The position numbers and the translations under genes were made by a program. Shown here piece by piece: positions 1-16,361 of a DNA stretch of 64,000 nucleotides. Below the pieces are notes generated by a model. The model did no database searches. It worked only from the letters and a program-made list of their open reading frames with translations, and had not been told where the DNA came from. Numbering within the stretch: the first letter of the stretch is position 1; each line of letters opens with the position of its first letter. The stretch is from Octopus sinensis. Lineage: Eukaryota. The stretch spans positions 124,001 to 188,000 of the forward strand of contig NW_021836292.1 of NCBI RefSeq assembly GCF_006345805.1, in the 5' to 3' direction.

Positions 1-122
1 ACATATTCTTTGTAAGCCTAGTACTTATTCTATCGGTCTCTTTTGCCGAACCGCTAGATTACGGGGACGTAAACACACCAACATCGGTTGTCAAGAGATG
101 GTAGGGGGACAAATACAGACAC
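1..122 (-). mobile_element. SINE family A (octopus-type), 3' module fragment
   Basis: Reverse complement of the 3' module seen in the complete copy at 43496-43920 (gtaagcctagtacttattctatcggtctcttttgccgaaccg...). Confidence 0.85.
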
Positions 123-155
123 ACGAATGAAGAAAAAATATTCTGGTGTGTTTAT

Positions 156-254
156 TTGGACGATAACAGATTAGGGATGAGCTTGTTCAGGACTTGTGCT
201 TTAATTTTCCATGTGTTACCTTGTCAGCCTTTTATCGGTGTGCGTATGTATGTA

Positions 255-329
<75 letters not shown>

Positions 330-359
330 GTGTTGTGTGTGTGTATATAATATATATAT

Positions 360-395
<36 letters not shown>

Positions 396-430
396 CATAC
401 ATACATATATATATACATACACATATATAT

Positions 431-506
<76 letters not shown>

Positions 507-655
507 TACGACAGGCTTCCTTCAGTTTCGAACTAGCAAATCCGCTAACAAGGCTTTGGTCGGCTCGAAGCTATAGTAGAAGACCCTTGCTCTAGGTGCC
601 ACACAGTGAGACTGAACCTAGAATTATGTGGCTGGTAAGCAAGATACTTACCACG
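156..655 (-). mobile_element. SINE A head + (TA)n + alternative 3' module
   Basis: 507-655 is the reverse complement of the SINE A head; 156-243 matches 1451-1550 in inverted orientation. Confidence 0.75.
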
Positions 656-1240
656 CACACACACGCACATACGTATATATATACATATGTGTGTGTGTGT
701 CTGTGTGTGTGTCTGTGTGTGTGTGTATGTATGCATATGCATACATGCATTTATACATATATGTTTGTGTGTGCGTATGTGTATGTGTGTGTGTGTGTGT
801 AAGTGAGCGCGTTTGTCAGTTTAACAACTTTTATTTAAAATATATAACATAAAATCGCACACAGCTATCTACACTTCATTTTATATGTTAATGAATTGTT
901 CATATATCTTGTTTCAGCCAATATGTCTAAGTTCATTGACATTTCAAGAGTGTCTTGGACATATATCTGGATAAGATGATATTACTAACGCATTTTTGTC
1001 ACCGTTTTCCCAAGGAATCAACACCACTGGGAATGCTGCTGCTTCTGTAACTGTTTCCTATTTATTATCACCAGGTATTCGCTTTTTCTGTTCGTTACTG
1101 TCCGATTTGTTTCAATAATTAAAAAAGTATGTTGTATCGTTGTGTCTCGTACTCAACTGGTGTAATGTGATGTCTGTGTTGTGTGTGCGCGTACAGACAT
1201 TACAAACCTCTGTGTGTGTATCTGTGTGTGTCTGTATAAA

Positions 1241-1405
1241 GGCGCAGGAGTGGCCTCTGTGGTTAGAAGTTTGCTTCACAAGTACATGATTCCGCGGGTT
1301 CAGTCCCACTGCGCAGCGCTTTAAGTAAATGTCTTCTTCTATAGCCTCGGGCTGACCAAAGTCTTGCGAGTGGATTTGCTAGTTCGAAACTGAAAGAAGC
1401 CTATA

Positions 1406-1441
<36 letters not shown>

Positions 1442-1550
1442 TATATATATGTACACCGATTAGAAATTGCACTGAAGGCTGACTGGGTGGCACGCGGAAA
1501 ATTAAGGCACAAATCCTGAACAAGCTCATCCTTCATCAGTTATCGTCCAA
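1241..1550 (+). mobile_element. SINE A head + (TA)n + alternative 3' module
   Basis: ggcgcaggagtggc...gaaactgaaagaagcc head, TA tract, then the module shared with 156-243. Confidence 0.75.
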
Positions 1551-1980
1551 AAATCATAACAATTTCACGCCTTTAATGATAAGATTGTTCACATGATTAG
1601 GTATGCATGTGCACATACGTGTGTATTTATATTTGTATTTATAAAATTTGGACGTGGACTTGCATGAAATGATGAAGGAATTAATCAATTTATGATAAAT
1701 GCAACTCCTAACTCAAATAAACTTTATCAATTCATGGTGAACGCAACTTCTAATAAAGATTCCAGTGCTAATGCAATTAGGATTTTCTGATAAATATCTT
1801 CTATGATCTGCATATTTATCTGTTTATCCCCAAATCCTGAGGAATCTCAAGTAGCTTCGTGTATTCACATCCCAGACGGAGACGAGTACCAATCTTACAT
1901 GTGGCAGGCTTGATAATTGCTGAGCAATTTCTCTTGGCTTGAAACTAATGGTAGCCTTGTTAACTACAATAAAGAATATA

Positions 1981-2069
<89 letters not shown>

Positions 2070-2190
2070 TGCAATTAAGGACAACTACTTAATAAGGAAA
2101 ACTTAACAAGAAATTGTCAGGTAGATAGCGTAAAAACCTCATAAGAGAAAAAATTTCGAAAATAATTATTTCTTATTGAACATATTAATT

Positions 2191-2362
2191 TATATATAGA
2201 GGGCATAATATACATACATGCCAGGAGGCATTATATATACTTGCCAAACGCTAAGAGGGACAATCAGTCATTTCTACCAATGGTAGAAATGACTGATTGT
2301 CCCTCTTAGCGTTTGGCAAGTATATATAATGCCTCCTGGCATGTATGTATAATTATGCCCTC

Positions 2363-2370
<8 letters not shown>
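2191..2370. repeat. Near-perfect 180-bp palindrome
   Basis: Arms 2191-2279 and 2281-2370 are reverse complements with one 1-nt indel seen; 1-nt loop at 2280. Confidence 0.95.
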
Positions 2371-2437
<67 letters not shown>

Positions 2438-3243
2438 CATATATTTCAGTGGCGACTCCGGCACTCAGGCTGTTCGGGCTTAGCCCGAGTATAAATTTAG
2501 TGAAGTGAATGTGTATTTGCAATCTGATTTAATTTCTGCAAATACTGACTTCAAGAATGTAATTGCAGCACATAATTCGAGCTCCTTTTATTGAGCCTGG
2601 TCACAGTTTATTCATTTTCTTTCAGCGTCTGGCGGTCATCTTAGAGGTGTCCTGTGTCACAAAATATCATCCATTGCAGACGTTCTCTTGACACCGTCCA
2701 CACGCGCCTGATTCGGGCTCATAAGTTACAGCCCGAGTTGTTATCTATAATCGTAAAAATTAAAAGTAATTCAAATTCAATTTTTCTTGAAACAATAAAT
2801 TTCTATAGAGATTAGGATTTAAATTATAATCTGTGAAAAGTTTCCGTTCTACAATATTCTTAAAGGAACGAAAAACTATCCGACCATTCGGGCTAATATG
2901 AATGAGCCTGGTAGGTGTAAAAGACTAACTGGTATCTCTTGTCAAGAGTACATGCGACCGTTAGATGGCTGATGTTTGTTGTGCATTCTGCTGTAGATAT
3001 TTGATTGTTGTTATTCTGTGCGTCTGTGTGTAAAGATCAGCTGTGTTTTGCAGGGTTGCTTTTTTTTTTACTCTTAACTTAGAAATGGAGATATAAAAAA
3101 AATAAGCTATTTGGGGCTAGAAATATAGCGGGAAAACGGGAAATTCTTCGAGCAGACATGTGTCTTATGCGAAATATGTGATGAACCCGAATGACGCTGA
3201 TGACCTCGAGCCGCCTCTGATAGGAAAGAAAGAAGGAGGATTT

Positions 3244-3270
3244 AACGTTTCGAGCGGAGCTCTTCGTCAG
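3244..3270 (-). ncRNA. Minimal hammerhead-ribozyme-like motif in a Penelope pseudo-LTR-like fragment
   Basis: Minus strand CTGACGA-A-GAGC-TCC-GCTC-GAAA-CGTT: intact core boxes, 4-bp stem II, palindromic stem III (AACGTT), short stem I. Confidence 0.6.
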
Positions 3271-3363
3271 AAACATAGAAAAAGGAAAGGTCCAAGGAAG
3301 GGAAGATGGAGAAAGTAAATCGCCAACGATACACACGCGGTCACATATTGAATTACCGGAAGG

Positions 3364-3448
<85 letters not shown>

Positions 3449-3449
3449 G

Positions 3450-3520
<71 letters not shown>

Positions 3521-3580
3521 GTAGGTAGGTAGATAGGTAGATAGGTAGATAGATAGGTATGTAGGTAGATAGATAGATAG

Positions 3581-3632
<52 letters not shown>

Positions 3633-3645
3633 AGATAGATAGATA

Positions 3646-3720
<75 letters not shown>

Positions 3721-3721
3721 T
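3364..3721 (+). repeat. (GATA)n microsatellite at 3' junction of Tx1 LINE copy 1
   Basis: Direct reading; some GGTA/GAAG variants. Confidence 0.98.
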
Positions 3722-6513
<2,792 letters not shown>

Positions 6514-6517
6514 ACAA

Positions 6518-6694
6518 TAAAGCTAGTCGCCAAATCACGGTGGCTGTTGAATGTTACTGCTAGTTTAATCCCAGGCAGATTCTCCATCAGCTGGTTATTG
6601 GTGCGACACTCTGCACCCAACTGGCGAAGAATCTGCCTGGGGCTGAGCTAGTAGTAACATTCAACAGCCACCTTGATGTTTTGAGTGGCTTTAG
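6518..6694. mobile_element. Hairpin/MITE-like element
   Basis: ggtggctgttgaatgttactgctag...ggcagattct (6539-6583) pairs with agaatctgcc...cattcaacagccacc (6628-6672); weaker pairing extends outward. Confidence 0.7.
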
Positions 6695-6793
6695 TGCTTA
6701 ATATACGTTACTTCTCTTCTTGAGATTTTATAGCTAGCTATTTTGCTTATATACACACACACATACACACACACACACATATATATATATAAT

Positions 6794-6855
<62 letters not shown>

Positions 6856-6859
6856 TATG

Positions 6860-7068
6860 TGTCTGTCTGCGTTTTTGTGTTTATGTCTGTTCCCCACTAC
6901 CGCTTAACAACCGATGTTGGTTTGTTTACGTCCCCATAACTTAGCGGTTCAGCAATTGAATGAATACTTAAAAATAGTACTGAAGGTGACCCGTTCGACT
7001 AAAACCCTTCAAGGCGGTGTCCCAGCATGGCCGCAGTTCAATGACTGAAACAAGTAAAGGACAAAAGT
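6860..7068 (+). mobile_element. SINE A 3' module
   Basis: tttacgtccccataacttagcggttc...ccagcatggccgcag...tgactgaaacaagtaaa. Confidence 0.8.
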
Positions 7069-7962
7069 TGACAGTCAGCTCAGAGTTTTGTCCCGTCCTT
7101 GGCTCTTTACACCTGTCTAAACAACCAACTCGAACCGGAACTCTGAGCAGACTATCAATCTTTGATATAATATACATATGTATCCACTCTACCAGCGTAC
7201 AGAGTTCTGTATCAATGACTGTTTGAATAATGTGCGTAAAATATATTTTTCATATATTCTACTCCGCTTACATTACGATAATAAACCTGTGGGTGGTATC
7301 GCTTTAAATAAATTATTCTTACTGCTTGACATTTTATATTTTTTTGGAAAGGTACAAAAAGCATTTTTGCTTCTAGATTTCTTGTGCCTTTCAATCTGTA
7401 CAAATTGATGGAGATATAAATAGAACCATGATTGAAATGAAAATAGTATGAGGAACACAGTCGGTCTTCATCTGTTACAGACACGACGTTAATGTTGATA
7501 CTTAATACGTCAAGACGAGTAGTGAAAGGGTTAATTGCTTTCTCAGGAAACTAACAAAATGTCATGTATACTCATTTAAAAAGAAATGAATGAAAAAGAC
7601 ATTGTGAAAAGTTAACGCAAAAAGTAACCATAGAATGACTGCAAAAAATAGTCCAGTCCATTTAATGATAGTTCTGCCTGAGATAATTGGAAACTAAATT
7701 ATGATACCATTACTTTAGTAACAGCGAGATTTAGTTAACTTTTTATTGTCACAGCAAGGTTGTCTGTGTTATAAGTATATTTATTTAAAAAGACATGTTC
7801 AGAATTGATATCGAAGTTACAATAGCTGTTGATATTGTTTCTTCAAGCAGGTCAATGATTAAAGACATTCCAGCCGAGGCCCTCCCATCATTTTCTATTT
7901 ATTTAAGAGTATGTTTGTCAAGTTGTTCCTTTTGATTGTTGAGTCTGATTTGAAAGATATGT

Positions 7963-7997
<35 letters not shown>

Positions 7998-7999
7998 AC

Positions 8000-8061
<62 letters not shown>

Positions 8062-8064
<3 letters not shown>

Positions 8065-8130
8065 TTAAATTAGACATGGCCTTGACCAATCTTTAGTCGA
8101 AACATATCTAAGTTTATCAAAGTTTATCTA
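8062..8130 (+). mobile_element. 3' tip of CR1-like LINE
   Basis: Matches 9237-9305, including the ctaagtttat tail repeat. Confidence 0.7.
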
Positions 8131-8779
8131 ATTTAATTATAAATTTAAAACTACAATTAATACTATTAAAACATGTATATACAAAAGCCTAACTTAATAC
8201 ACCTCGTATGCTTGTTATCAAATAACAAATCTATCGCTAATTAGTATCTTACGAATAAACTTAAATTTAATATCTAATAATATAGAAAATTACGATAATT
8301 AGATCATAACATAAACAACGATATTTACATAAGGAGAATATTATTACTCCAAAGACTTATACAATATTAACATTTACAATTTGAAGATCTTAAATAAATA
8401 CATACTTATCTTAGCGTGGTTTAGCAATGAACTAAAATTTTGAATCAGAAAACGTCTTTACAGCGTTTATAAGAATACTCGTGGAATTACGTTAGCAAAA
8501 AAAAGAATAAATTGTTGAAGAATTCATTACGCGTGAGGAACCTACGTTTTATTAATGATTGCGAATGGGAAAATTATTTGTTTATCATTGTAAATAGAAT
8601 GAAGTCACAAATAAAGAATAAAATCTCTCTATACTATAATATTTATTAATAAAATAACTATGATAAATGAAACTTAATACAAAATAAATTAAATGATTTA
8701 AATGATTAAAAACCACTAATTATTAAATATATTCTAAAAATCTTATAAGATTAATAAATATATAAAAATTTATTTATTT

Positions 8780-9305
8780 GGGATCGCCTTAAAACCTTGA
8801 AACTTTACTCCCTCCAGCGTCGCCGTGAGCGGTACATCATTTGTACGATGTGGAAAATATACCGCCAACTTTGCCCAAACGACCTAAACATTAGCTTCAA
8901 GGTCCATCCAAGACTTGGACCACGGGCTATACGTCCCCTGCCATTCAAGATCACAACATACATGTACACTGCAACATAATTTCTTTTCCTCAACAGGCCC
9001 TACCCTATTTAACATTGTCCCGAGGGAGATCAAAGAGGAAAAGGATCCCATCAACTTTAAACAGAGTCTGGAAAGATTCCTTCAAAGAATACCAGATAAG
9101 CCACCCATAATTGGATACAACTCACCCAACAAGAACTCACTACTTGAACAAAACTGGATACAACTCACCCAACAAGAACTCACTACTTGAACAAAACTTG
9201 ACTTAAACAGGATTCGAATAATCCTATCAGGTGGTGCTATTAAGTTAGACATGGCCTGGACCAATCTCTGGTCGAAACATATCTAAGTTTATCTAAGTTT
9301 ATATA
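8780..9305 (+). mobile_element. CR1-like LINE 3' fragment
   Basis: WDRLKTLKLYSLQRRRERY..., GPTLFNIVP..., FKQSLERFL; internal ~42-bp tandem duplication near 9113-9196; short tandem tail. Confidence 0.8.
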
Positions 9306-9473
9306 GTAACCCCTCAACATACTATAAAGTCTTTCCCATGCCTATATAATTATAAGCTAAAATTAGTGATCATAACCAAATCTATAAATACTTATCAAAA
9401 TTTGTAGTACAACTATACATACGTATACATAAATATATTTAAAAAATATACATACATATACATATATATATAC

Positions 9474-9506
<33 letters not shown>

Positions 9507-10799
9507 CATACATATAAATATACATATACATATACACATACATACACACATACATACATATACATATATACACACATATATACACATATGCACACTCATA
9601 CATACATGTACATACATACAATACTCAATATATACACTTACACCTATATATACACACCCACACACATACACATAAATAAATGTATATACATATACATATA
9701 TATACACACACATCATCATATACACATATATACATACACACACAACCACATATATCATATAATAAATACATATATAAATGTCTATAATCATACTACAATA
9801 CAAAATAGAGGTAAATATTAAGTTAAATCTAAATAATTAATCTACTAATCTATACTTCTATATTAAATAAAATAGATTAAATAAACAACTAAATAAATCT
9901 ATTTCAAATATAAAGAGATTACATACAAATAGATTAATATAATAAAAATTATAATTTAACGAAGTTATAACAGAAATATAACAAAATATATAAAATAAAT
10001 AAAATTGTAACTTACCAGACTCTATATTCAATAAACCATTAAATATTTATTAAAAATATATTTAGTAATAAAATATTTAGTAATAAAATGAACAACTATA
10101 TATAATCTAACTATAATTAAAAACAGAACCTAAATAACTAAAATAAACTAATATAATATGTACTACAAATCACCTGCTATATTTAGAATACTAATACATA
10201 AAACAACAAATAGGGAGCTAATTAAGGCTAAGAAATATTCATTATTTATCAACAAATTTATTATATAAGTAAAGTAACTTGTGTCTGCATTTTATTTTGC
10301 GCTCATCACAGGTATTCAGTAAATTATCATGCTTATAAAATAAAATTTCCTTAGCCATGAAACGATCGTAGTGTTTTACTCATTATCTTTTATTACACTT
10401 TTAATACTTTTGATAAATATTTAAAATAATATAAATTAATTAATTTTATGTATTGGCTTAATTTTTTCATTGTATGATTTGCCTAATAGTGGTTTTATCT
10501 CTAATTTAATATAATATAATATTTTACTATAAAATTGGATTCAATCCTAAATCTGATTTTTCCCTGTAAGTGTGGATTTATTCCCTAATATTTTATTATA
10601 TATATATATATGAACACATGTTTATATAGTTATGTGTGATTATAAAGTTTGCTAAGCAACAAAAAAGGGTTTTGAGTTCGGTCCTCTTAGGCAAGTGTCT
10701 TTTACAATAAATATGGGCTACCCAATACATTATGAGTGGAAGTGACAAATGGAAATCGAAAGGAAATCCGTCATGTGTGTGTGTTCGCGCTCGCTCTCT

Positions 10800-11285
10800 G
10801 AATCCACCACCAGTCCCAGGCGATCCCGTTACCAACACCACGTTTCCACCACTATCTACCGACTCATCTTTACTATCCCCGTCTCTCACTGTCTCCAACC
10901 TCTTCGTTTGCATCCGCAGTACCCCATCGTCGACTTCTGTCCACAAACCCATAAACATCGGCTGCCCCAATATTTCAACCTATAATTGCTCCACCGAACT
11001 CATCTTCGCCTGCCTCAAACTCTCCTTGCATCCCTGGTTGTTGCGCTCTCCTCCCACATCCATGACTCTAACCATGTTCTTTGCCTATTCAACTCCTCCC
11101 CCGATCTCCTCCCGTCATAGATTTGCCATGGATATCAACTCTTTTTACATCGTCATTCCTCTCGATGGCCTTTTGTCTCTGAGACACTTCCTCGACTTAC
11201 ACCCCACTATCCTGATACCTATACTCTCTTTCGTGCTCAATTTTAATTGTTTCGCCTTCGTGGGCGAGATGTATGAACTGGAGTG
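10800..11285 (+). mobile_element. Penelope-like element, 5' part of RT (degenerate)
   Basis: CSTELIFA, FAMDINSFYIVIP, LSFVLNFNCFAF resemble PLE RT (CPTELIS, FTMDVxSLYTSIP, LVLTLNNFSF). Confidence 0.65.
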
Positions 11286-14237
11286 ATTAGTTAGTTAGTT
11301 AATTAGTAAGTTAATTTTTTGGCTCAAAAAGCAAAAAGCAAGGCCATGTAGGGGGACATGGAGTTATGTACAGGGTCGTGTTCATGTAAAGAGTTCAGGC
11401 CACTTGAGGTCAAGGGAGACTTTGAACCGAGCGGTCGTCGGCATCTTCACCATCTTATTCCACAGATCCGCAACCCGGATGGAGAAAGCCCCTCTCCTTC
11501 GATTGAGATGAAATCGTCGCAGATAGAGCTTTTCAGAATGATCCCGCAGCCGACGCTCTGGAGAAGGAGTGAAGAACAGCTCTTTCGATAGGTTACACTT
11601 TCCGCTTATGATGTTGTGAGCAAGAATGAGATCTCCACGGCGTCGTCGTTTTTCTAGAGAATAAAGGTCGAGCGTCTTCAGCTTTTCTTCATAAAACAAA
11701 TTCTTGAGACCAAGAACCATGCGGGTAGCCAGCTTCTGGACTCTTTCGAGATGCTGTATGTCTTTGAGGAGATAAGGAGAAGAGCCTTGAATCCCGTACT
11801 CCAATATGGGTCTCACCAGCGTGACATAGAGCGGTAGGAATATGGCTGCTGTGAGCATTCCGAATGACCGTCGAATCAAGAACAGAATTCCGCGTGCTTT
11901 GTTGGCAGCATGGACGCACTGGGCCGAAGGCGAAAAGAAGGAATCCACCAAGATACCCAGGTCCTTTACCTGATCGGTCCTCTCCAGCAGCAGACGACTC
12001 GGCTCGAAATCAAGTTGAGTTGCAGGAGGAGAGCCAACAGGCAGATGACAGCACTTTGACACGTTCAGACACAGGTCCCATTCGTTAGACCATCTCCAAA
12101 TTTGGTGGAGGCATCGACGAAGATCCTCTATATCACCGCGAGGAGCGACCAGTTTGACATCGTCGGCAAATAGAAGGGTGTGTTGCGTGAGGTCGTCGGG
12201 CAAGTCATTTATGAAGACTAAGAAAAATAAGGGCTCAAGCACTGAACCTTGAAGCACGCCACTGCTCGCACTGGAGACGTCGGACCGCGAACCATTAACT
12301 TGGACTTGAAAGGAGCGATCTGAGAGGAAGGCACCAACCCATCGTACAATATCTGGATGGAAACTATGTGCTTGAAGCTTGACAAGTAATTGGCGGTGGT
12401 TTACCGAGTCAAAAGATTTGGCAAAGTCCAATAAAACGATGTCAACAGCATCACTATCATCGAGGATGCGCGTCACCAATTCTTCCATTACCAGTAAGTC
12501 GGTCAAGCATGATCTCTTCGGCACGAAGCCGTGTTGGGAATCAGAGATAGAGGATGTGTTTTGGAGGTGGAGCATCATACTTTTCTTAAGGATGGTTTCG
12601 AACGTCTTGCTGATTATTGATGTAAGGGAAACCGGTCGGTAGTTAAGCGGGTCTTCGCGGCTCCCTTTCTTGAAAATTAGGCAGATTATCGCTGTTCTCC
12701 ACTCCGCAGGTATAACACCCGTCGCCAATGACATATTGAATAGACGTATTAAGGGCTCGCAGATGACCGGAGCCAACGCTTTGATAACCCGTGGGTGTAT
12801 GCCGTCAGGGCCGTGACCCTTGTTGACATCGAGGCCTTGAATAACGTGTTCGACTTCGTCCCGCGTGATGACCAATCGAAGCATTGGAGGTACCGATCTA
12901 TCAAATGGAGGGGGTTCACGACCATCATCTTGTTTGAAAATAGTTGAAAAGGCCTCGGCAAATAATTGACTCTGTTGATAAGGGTCCTCAATCGATACGC
13001 CTGTTAAGTCTACCAACGTTGCAATTTGGTTGTTCAAGCGGGAATTCCGTTGGACATGGGCAAAGAAGGTTTTGGGATTGCTACTGGCGTTTGCCGCGAT
13101 TTTGTATTCATATCTGAAGCGTTCTTCCTTTTCAATTTTCACGACTCGGTCTCGTTGAGTTTTGTACACCCCAAAAGCTGCAGTCGAATCCAGATTTTTG
13201 AATTCAGTCCAAGCAATATCTCTGAGTCGAAGTTCTCGTTTAACCTTCTTCGTCACCCAAGGCTTGTTTCTTCTTCTTGGGAAGCCCAACGGGAACTGTC
13301 TGGTCAGTCAACCAGATTACATATGCTTTGAGGGATGACCATAGTTCGTCAACTGAGGACAACGTCATCAGGGATCGCCAGTCCAGAAGTGCGGAAGCCT
13401 CGGTTAGAATTTCAAGATTAATTGCAGAGAAGTGGAAGCGAAGTAGTCGTGGGCGTAGAAAAAGTTGTGTGCATGACGAACTTCAGGACCGCATGATCAC
13501 TCTTGGCAAGAGGGGCGCACACAGATACGTCTGACACTGATCTTGGATAGCGGGAGAATACCAGATCCAGCATAGATGGCTGCTGTCCAGACCGATGCCT
13601 TGTCGGATATTCAACATGTTGTGATAGAAAACAATCTTCAGCCACGTCAAGAAGGGCCTGGCCGAACCGGGAAGATGATGTACAAATTGATGCGGGCCAA
13701 TCGATTGTGGGAGCGTTTAAGTCTCCTAATATCAAACAGTCATGAGAAGCTGAAACGAATCTTATCGCTTCGAGTAAATGAGCATCGTCCTGGGGGTTGG
13801 CAAGAGGCGGCCTGTAGACAGCTAACACGGGCAGGCAAAACCCGGATAGGCTCAGCTTGCAATAGACGGCATCGAATTTTGTTGTTGGTTGAGCATTAGT
13901 GGGTAGAATACTGCTGGACTGTTTGAGATTAGATTTAACATACACAGCAACACCTCCACCTCGCCTTTTTCTCTGTCACATCTGAAGAGGGCGTAGCCCT
14001 TTAGGTGGATTTCTGAGTCCTTTACTGCTGGAGTCAGCCAAGTTTCGGTGATAGCTATCACATCAGGGGAATCACGCATGGCCAGTGTAAATAGTTCGCT
14101 GAACTTTGGAAATAAGGAGCACGAGTTGGTATAGACGATGCTGAGCTGTGAAGTTTGAGGGGCGGGAGTTGGGGAACAAGCAGAATAAGGGGTATCAGAG
14201 ATATCATCGTTGTCGGGGGTATCTACTTCCTCTCTTC
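11286..14237 (-). mobile_element. CR1/L2-group LINE, 5'-truncated, inserted into the Penelope element
   Basis: APE motifs (IAITETWL, ILGDLNAP, SDHAVL) and RT motifs (NYRPVSLTS, QHGF, QGSVL, LFADDVKL, YSLEKRRRRGDLI); (TAAC)-like 3' tail at 11288-11315. Confidence 0.92.
11382..14237 (-). pseudogene. ORF2 (APE + RT) of CR1-like LINE, disrupted by frameshift/stops
   Basis: ORF-track pieces 13852..14253, 13418..13945 and 11382..13289. Confidence 0.88.
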
Positions 14238-15045
14238 GGAACGAGAATGGCATCTAAATACGCCAGCATATATGCCGGTTACGTTGGGTCCTAAATCTCC
14301 CAGTTCATCCTCTCCACCTTCGACTTCTAAAAACGCACTGGCTTCCACTTATACCTTCATTTCTCATTCTCGTACCCAACCTACACCCAGTCTCTGTCTC
14401 CTGTTTCCCGTTCCTCCATCTCCGGTGCTTCTGTAGCAGTAACCACAATTTTGAGACATAGGTTTCATTTTCAGCCCTAACAATTCGTCTCGAGTATTAC
14501 ACCCACTTCGATCACTTTCCTCTTACTTACCACATAACCATCCTTTCCCTACAATTCGCCATCCTCCGCCTCTTCTTCTGCCCCCAGTCTGACGCTGTCG
14601 CTTTCTGCTTCTTCATTCTTCCTCTCATTCCTTTCTTCAAGCCTCCTCATCCATAGCACCTCCTTCCCATACCTCGTCTCCATCCCGTATCCCTCCATAA
14701 CTCCCGTCCCTGCTACATTACGTGCCCTTTTCTTTCCAACACTACCACCCTTATCGGACACAAGCACCGCTCCTTCAACAATAGAAAATCCTTTAACAGC
14801 ACCTATAATAACTTAAAATACGCACTCCAGTGCTCCCTCTAAACTGGCTGCCAGTTGGCTGACAAGTTTACGGGGTACCTCAGAGGTGGATCACCTGTCT
14901 CGCGACATTTTCACGCCGCTGAACATTCCATGCAAAATCTCCCGATCTTCGGCAGAGCTACCATTCTTGGCCCCCTGTCACTTGTCTCCAGAAAGAGCAC
15001 GTGCTCATTTTTTCACTCCAAAACCTATATGTCTTTCGGTTGAAG
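14238..15045 (+). mobile_element. Penelope-like element, 3' part (RT end + GIY-YIG remnant)
   Basis: GTRMASKYASIYAGYV (cf. GTRMGPSYACLFVGYV), LQFAILRLF, LADKFTGYL...PVSRHFH...HS. Confidence 0.65.
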
Positions 15046-15409
15046 TCAGATAGTAATAGAAATGATGATGATGATATGGCCTTCCTCAAGGTGCGATCGC
15101 GTCGATTTACAGAAAGAAATATTATTTCCATCTTTTCATCGACCCATCAAGTACACATTATCACATGATGCTACAATATAGCTCCTGGTTAATAGTAATA
15201 TACATATATGTGTATTTGTGTGTGTGTGATTGTGTGAGTGTGTGATTGTCTGTTGTTGTATCTGTATGTATGTATTTAAACACACATACACACACACACA
15301 CTTTCACACATATATATGAGTGTGCAATAATATACATAAATATATGTTCTTTTATTTTTAGTTTATTTTATCTATTCTGAATCCTTGATGTAATTTCTAA
15401 AAAGCAATG

Positions 15410-15463
15410 CTATATATATATATTTATATATTTGTATGTATGTGTGTATATATATATATTATA

Positions 15464-15503
<40 letters not shown>

Positions 15504-15571
15504 TATATATATACACATATATATATATATATATGTATGTGTGTATATATATATATTATATATATATACAC

Positions 15572-15637
<66 letters not shown>

Positions 15638-15647
15638 ATATATACAC

Positions 15648-15714
<67 letters not shown>

Positions 15715-16361
15715 GTACATACATACATTTAGACATATACGTATACACCAGTACATATGGGTACGTGCGTATGTACGTTTGTATGCATCTTTGTATGTAT
15801 GTATGTATGTATGTATGCATGCATGTGTGTGTGCGTGTGTGTGTGTGTGTGTGCACGCGCGTGTGTGTGTGTATGTATCATATTTTAGATGAAGTGGAAA
15901 CGGAAAACACCCTAATGGACATTACATATGATACGTATTTATATCTCTACATATATATGGTGTGTCTGTGTATGTGTGTGTGCGTGTGTGTGTGTGTATA
16001 CATATATATATGTGTGTGTGTGTGTATACATATGTGTGTGTGTGTGTATACATATGTGTGTGTGTGTATGTGTATACATATGTGTGTGTGTGTGCGTGTG
16101 TGTGTGTATACATGTGTGTGTGTATACATATGTGTGTGTGTGTGCGTGTGTGTGTGTGTGTGTATACATATATGTGTGTGTGTGTGCGTGTGTGTGTGTA
16201 TACATATGTGTGTGTGTGTGTGTGTGTGTGTGTATACATATATGTGTGTGTGTGTATACATATGTGTGTGTGTGTGCGTGTGTGTGTGTGTATACATATG
16301 TGTGTGTGTGCGTGTGTGTGTGTATACATATGTGTGTGTGTGTGTGTGTGTGTGTGTATAC

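Noticed and set aside
9255-9290. GACC-loop-GGTC-GAAAC as a hammerhead
   Set aside because: No CUGANGA box upstream; it is the CR1-like 3' stem-loop.
8130-10600. Very AT-rich stretches (8130-8780, 9780-10600) as a possible mitochondrial insertion
   Set aside because: No mitochondrial rRNA, tRNA or protein motif recognised.
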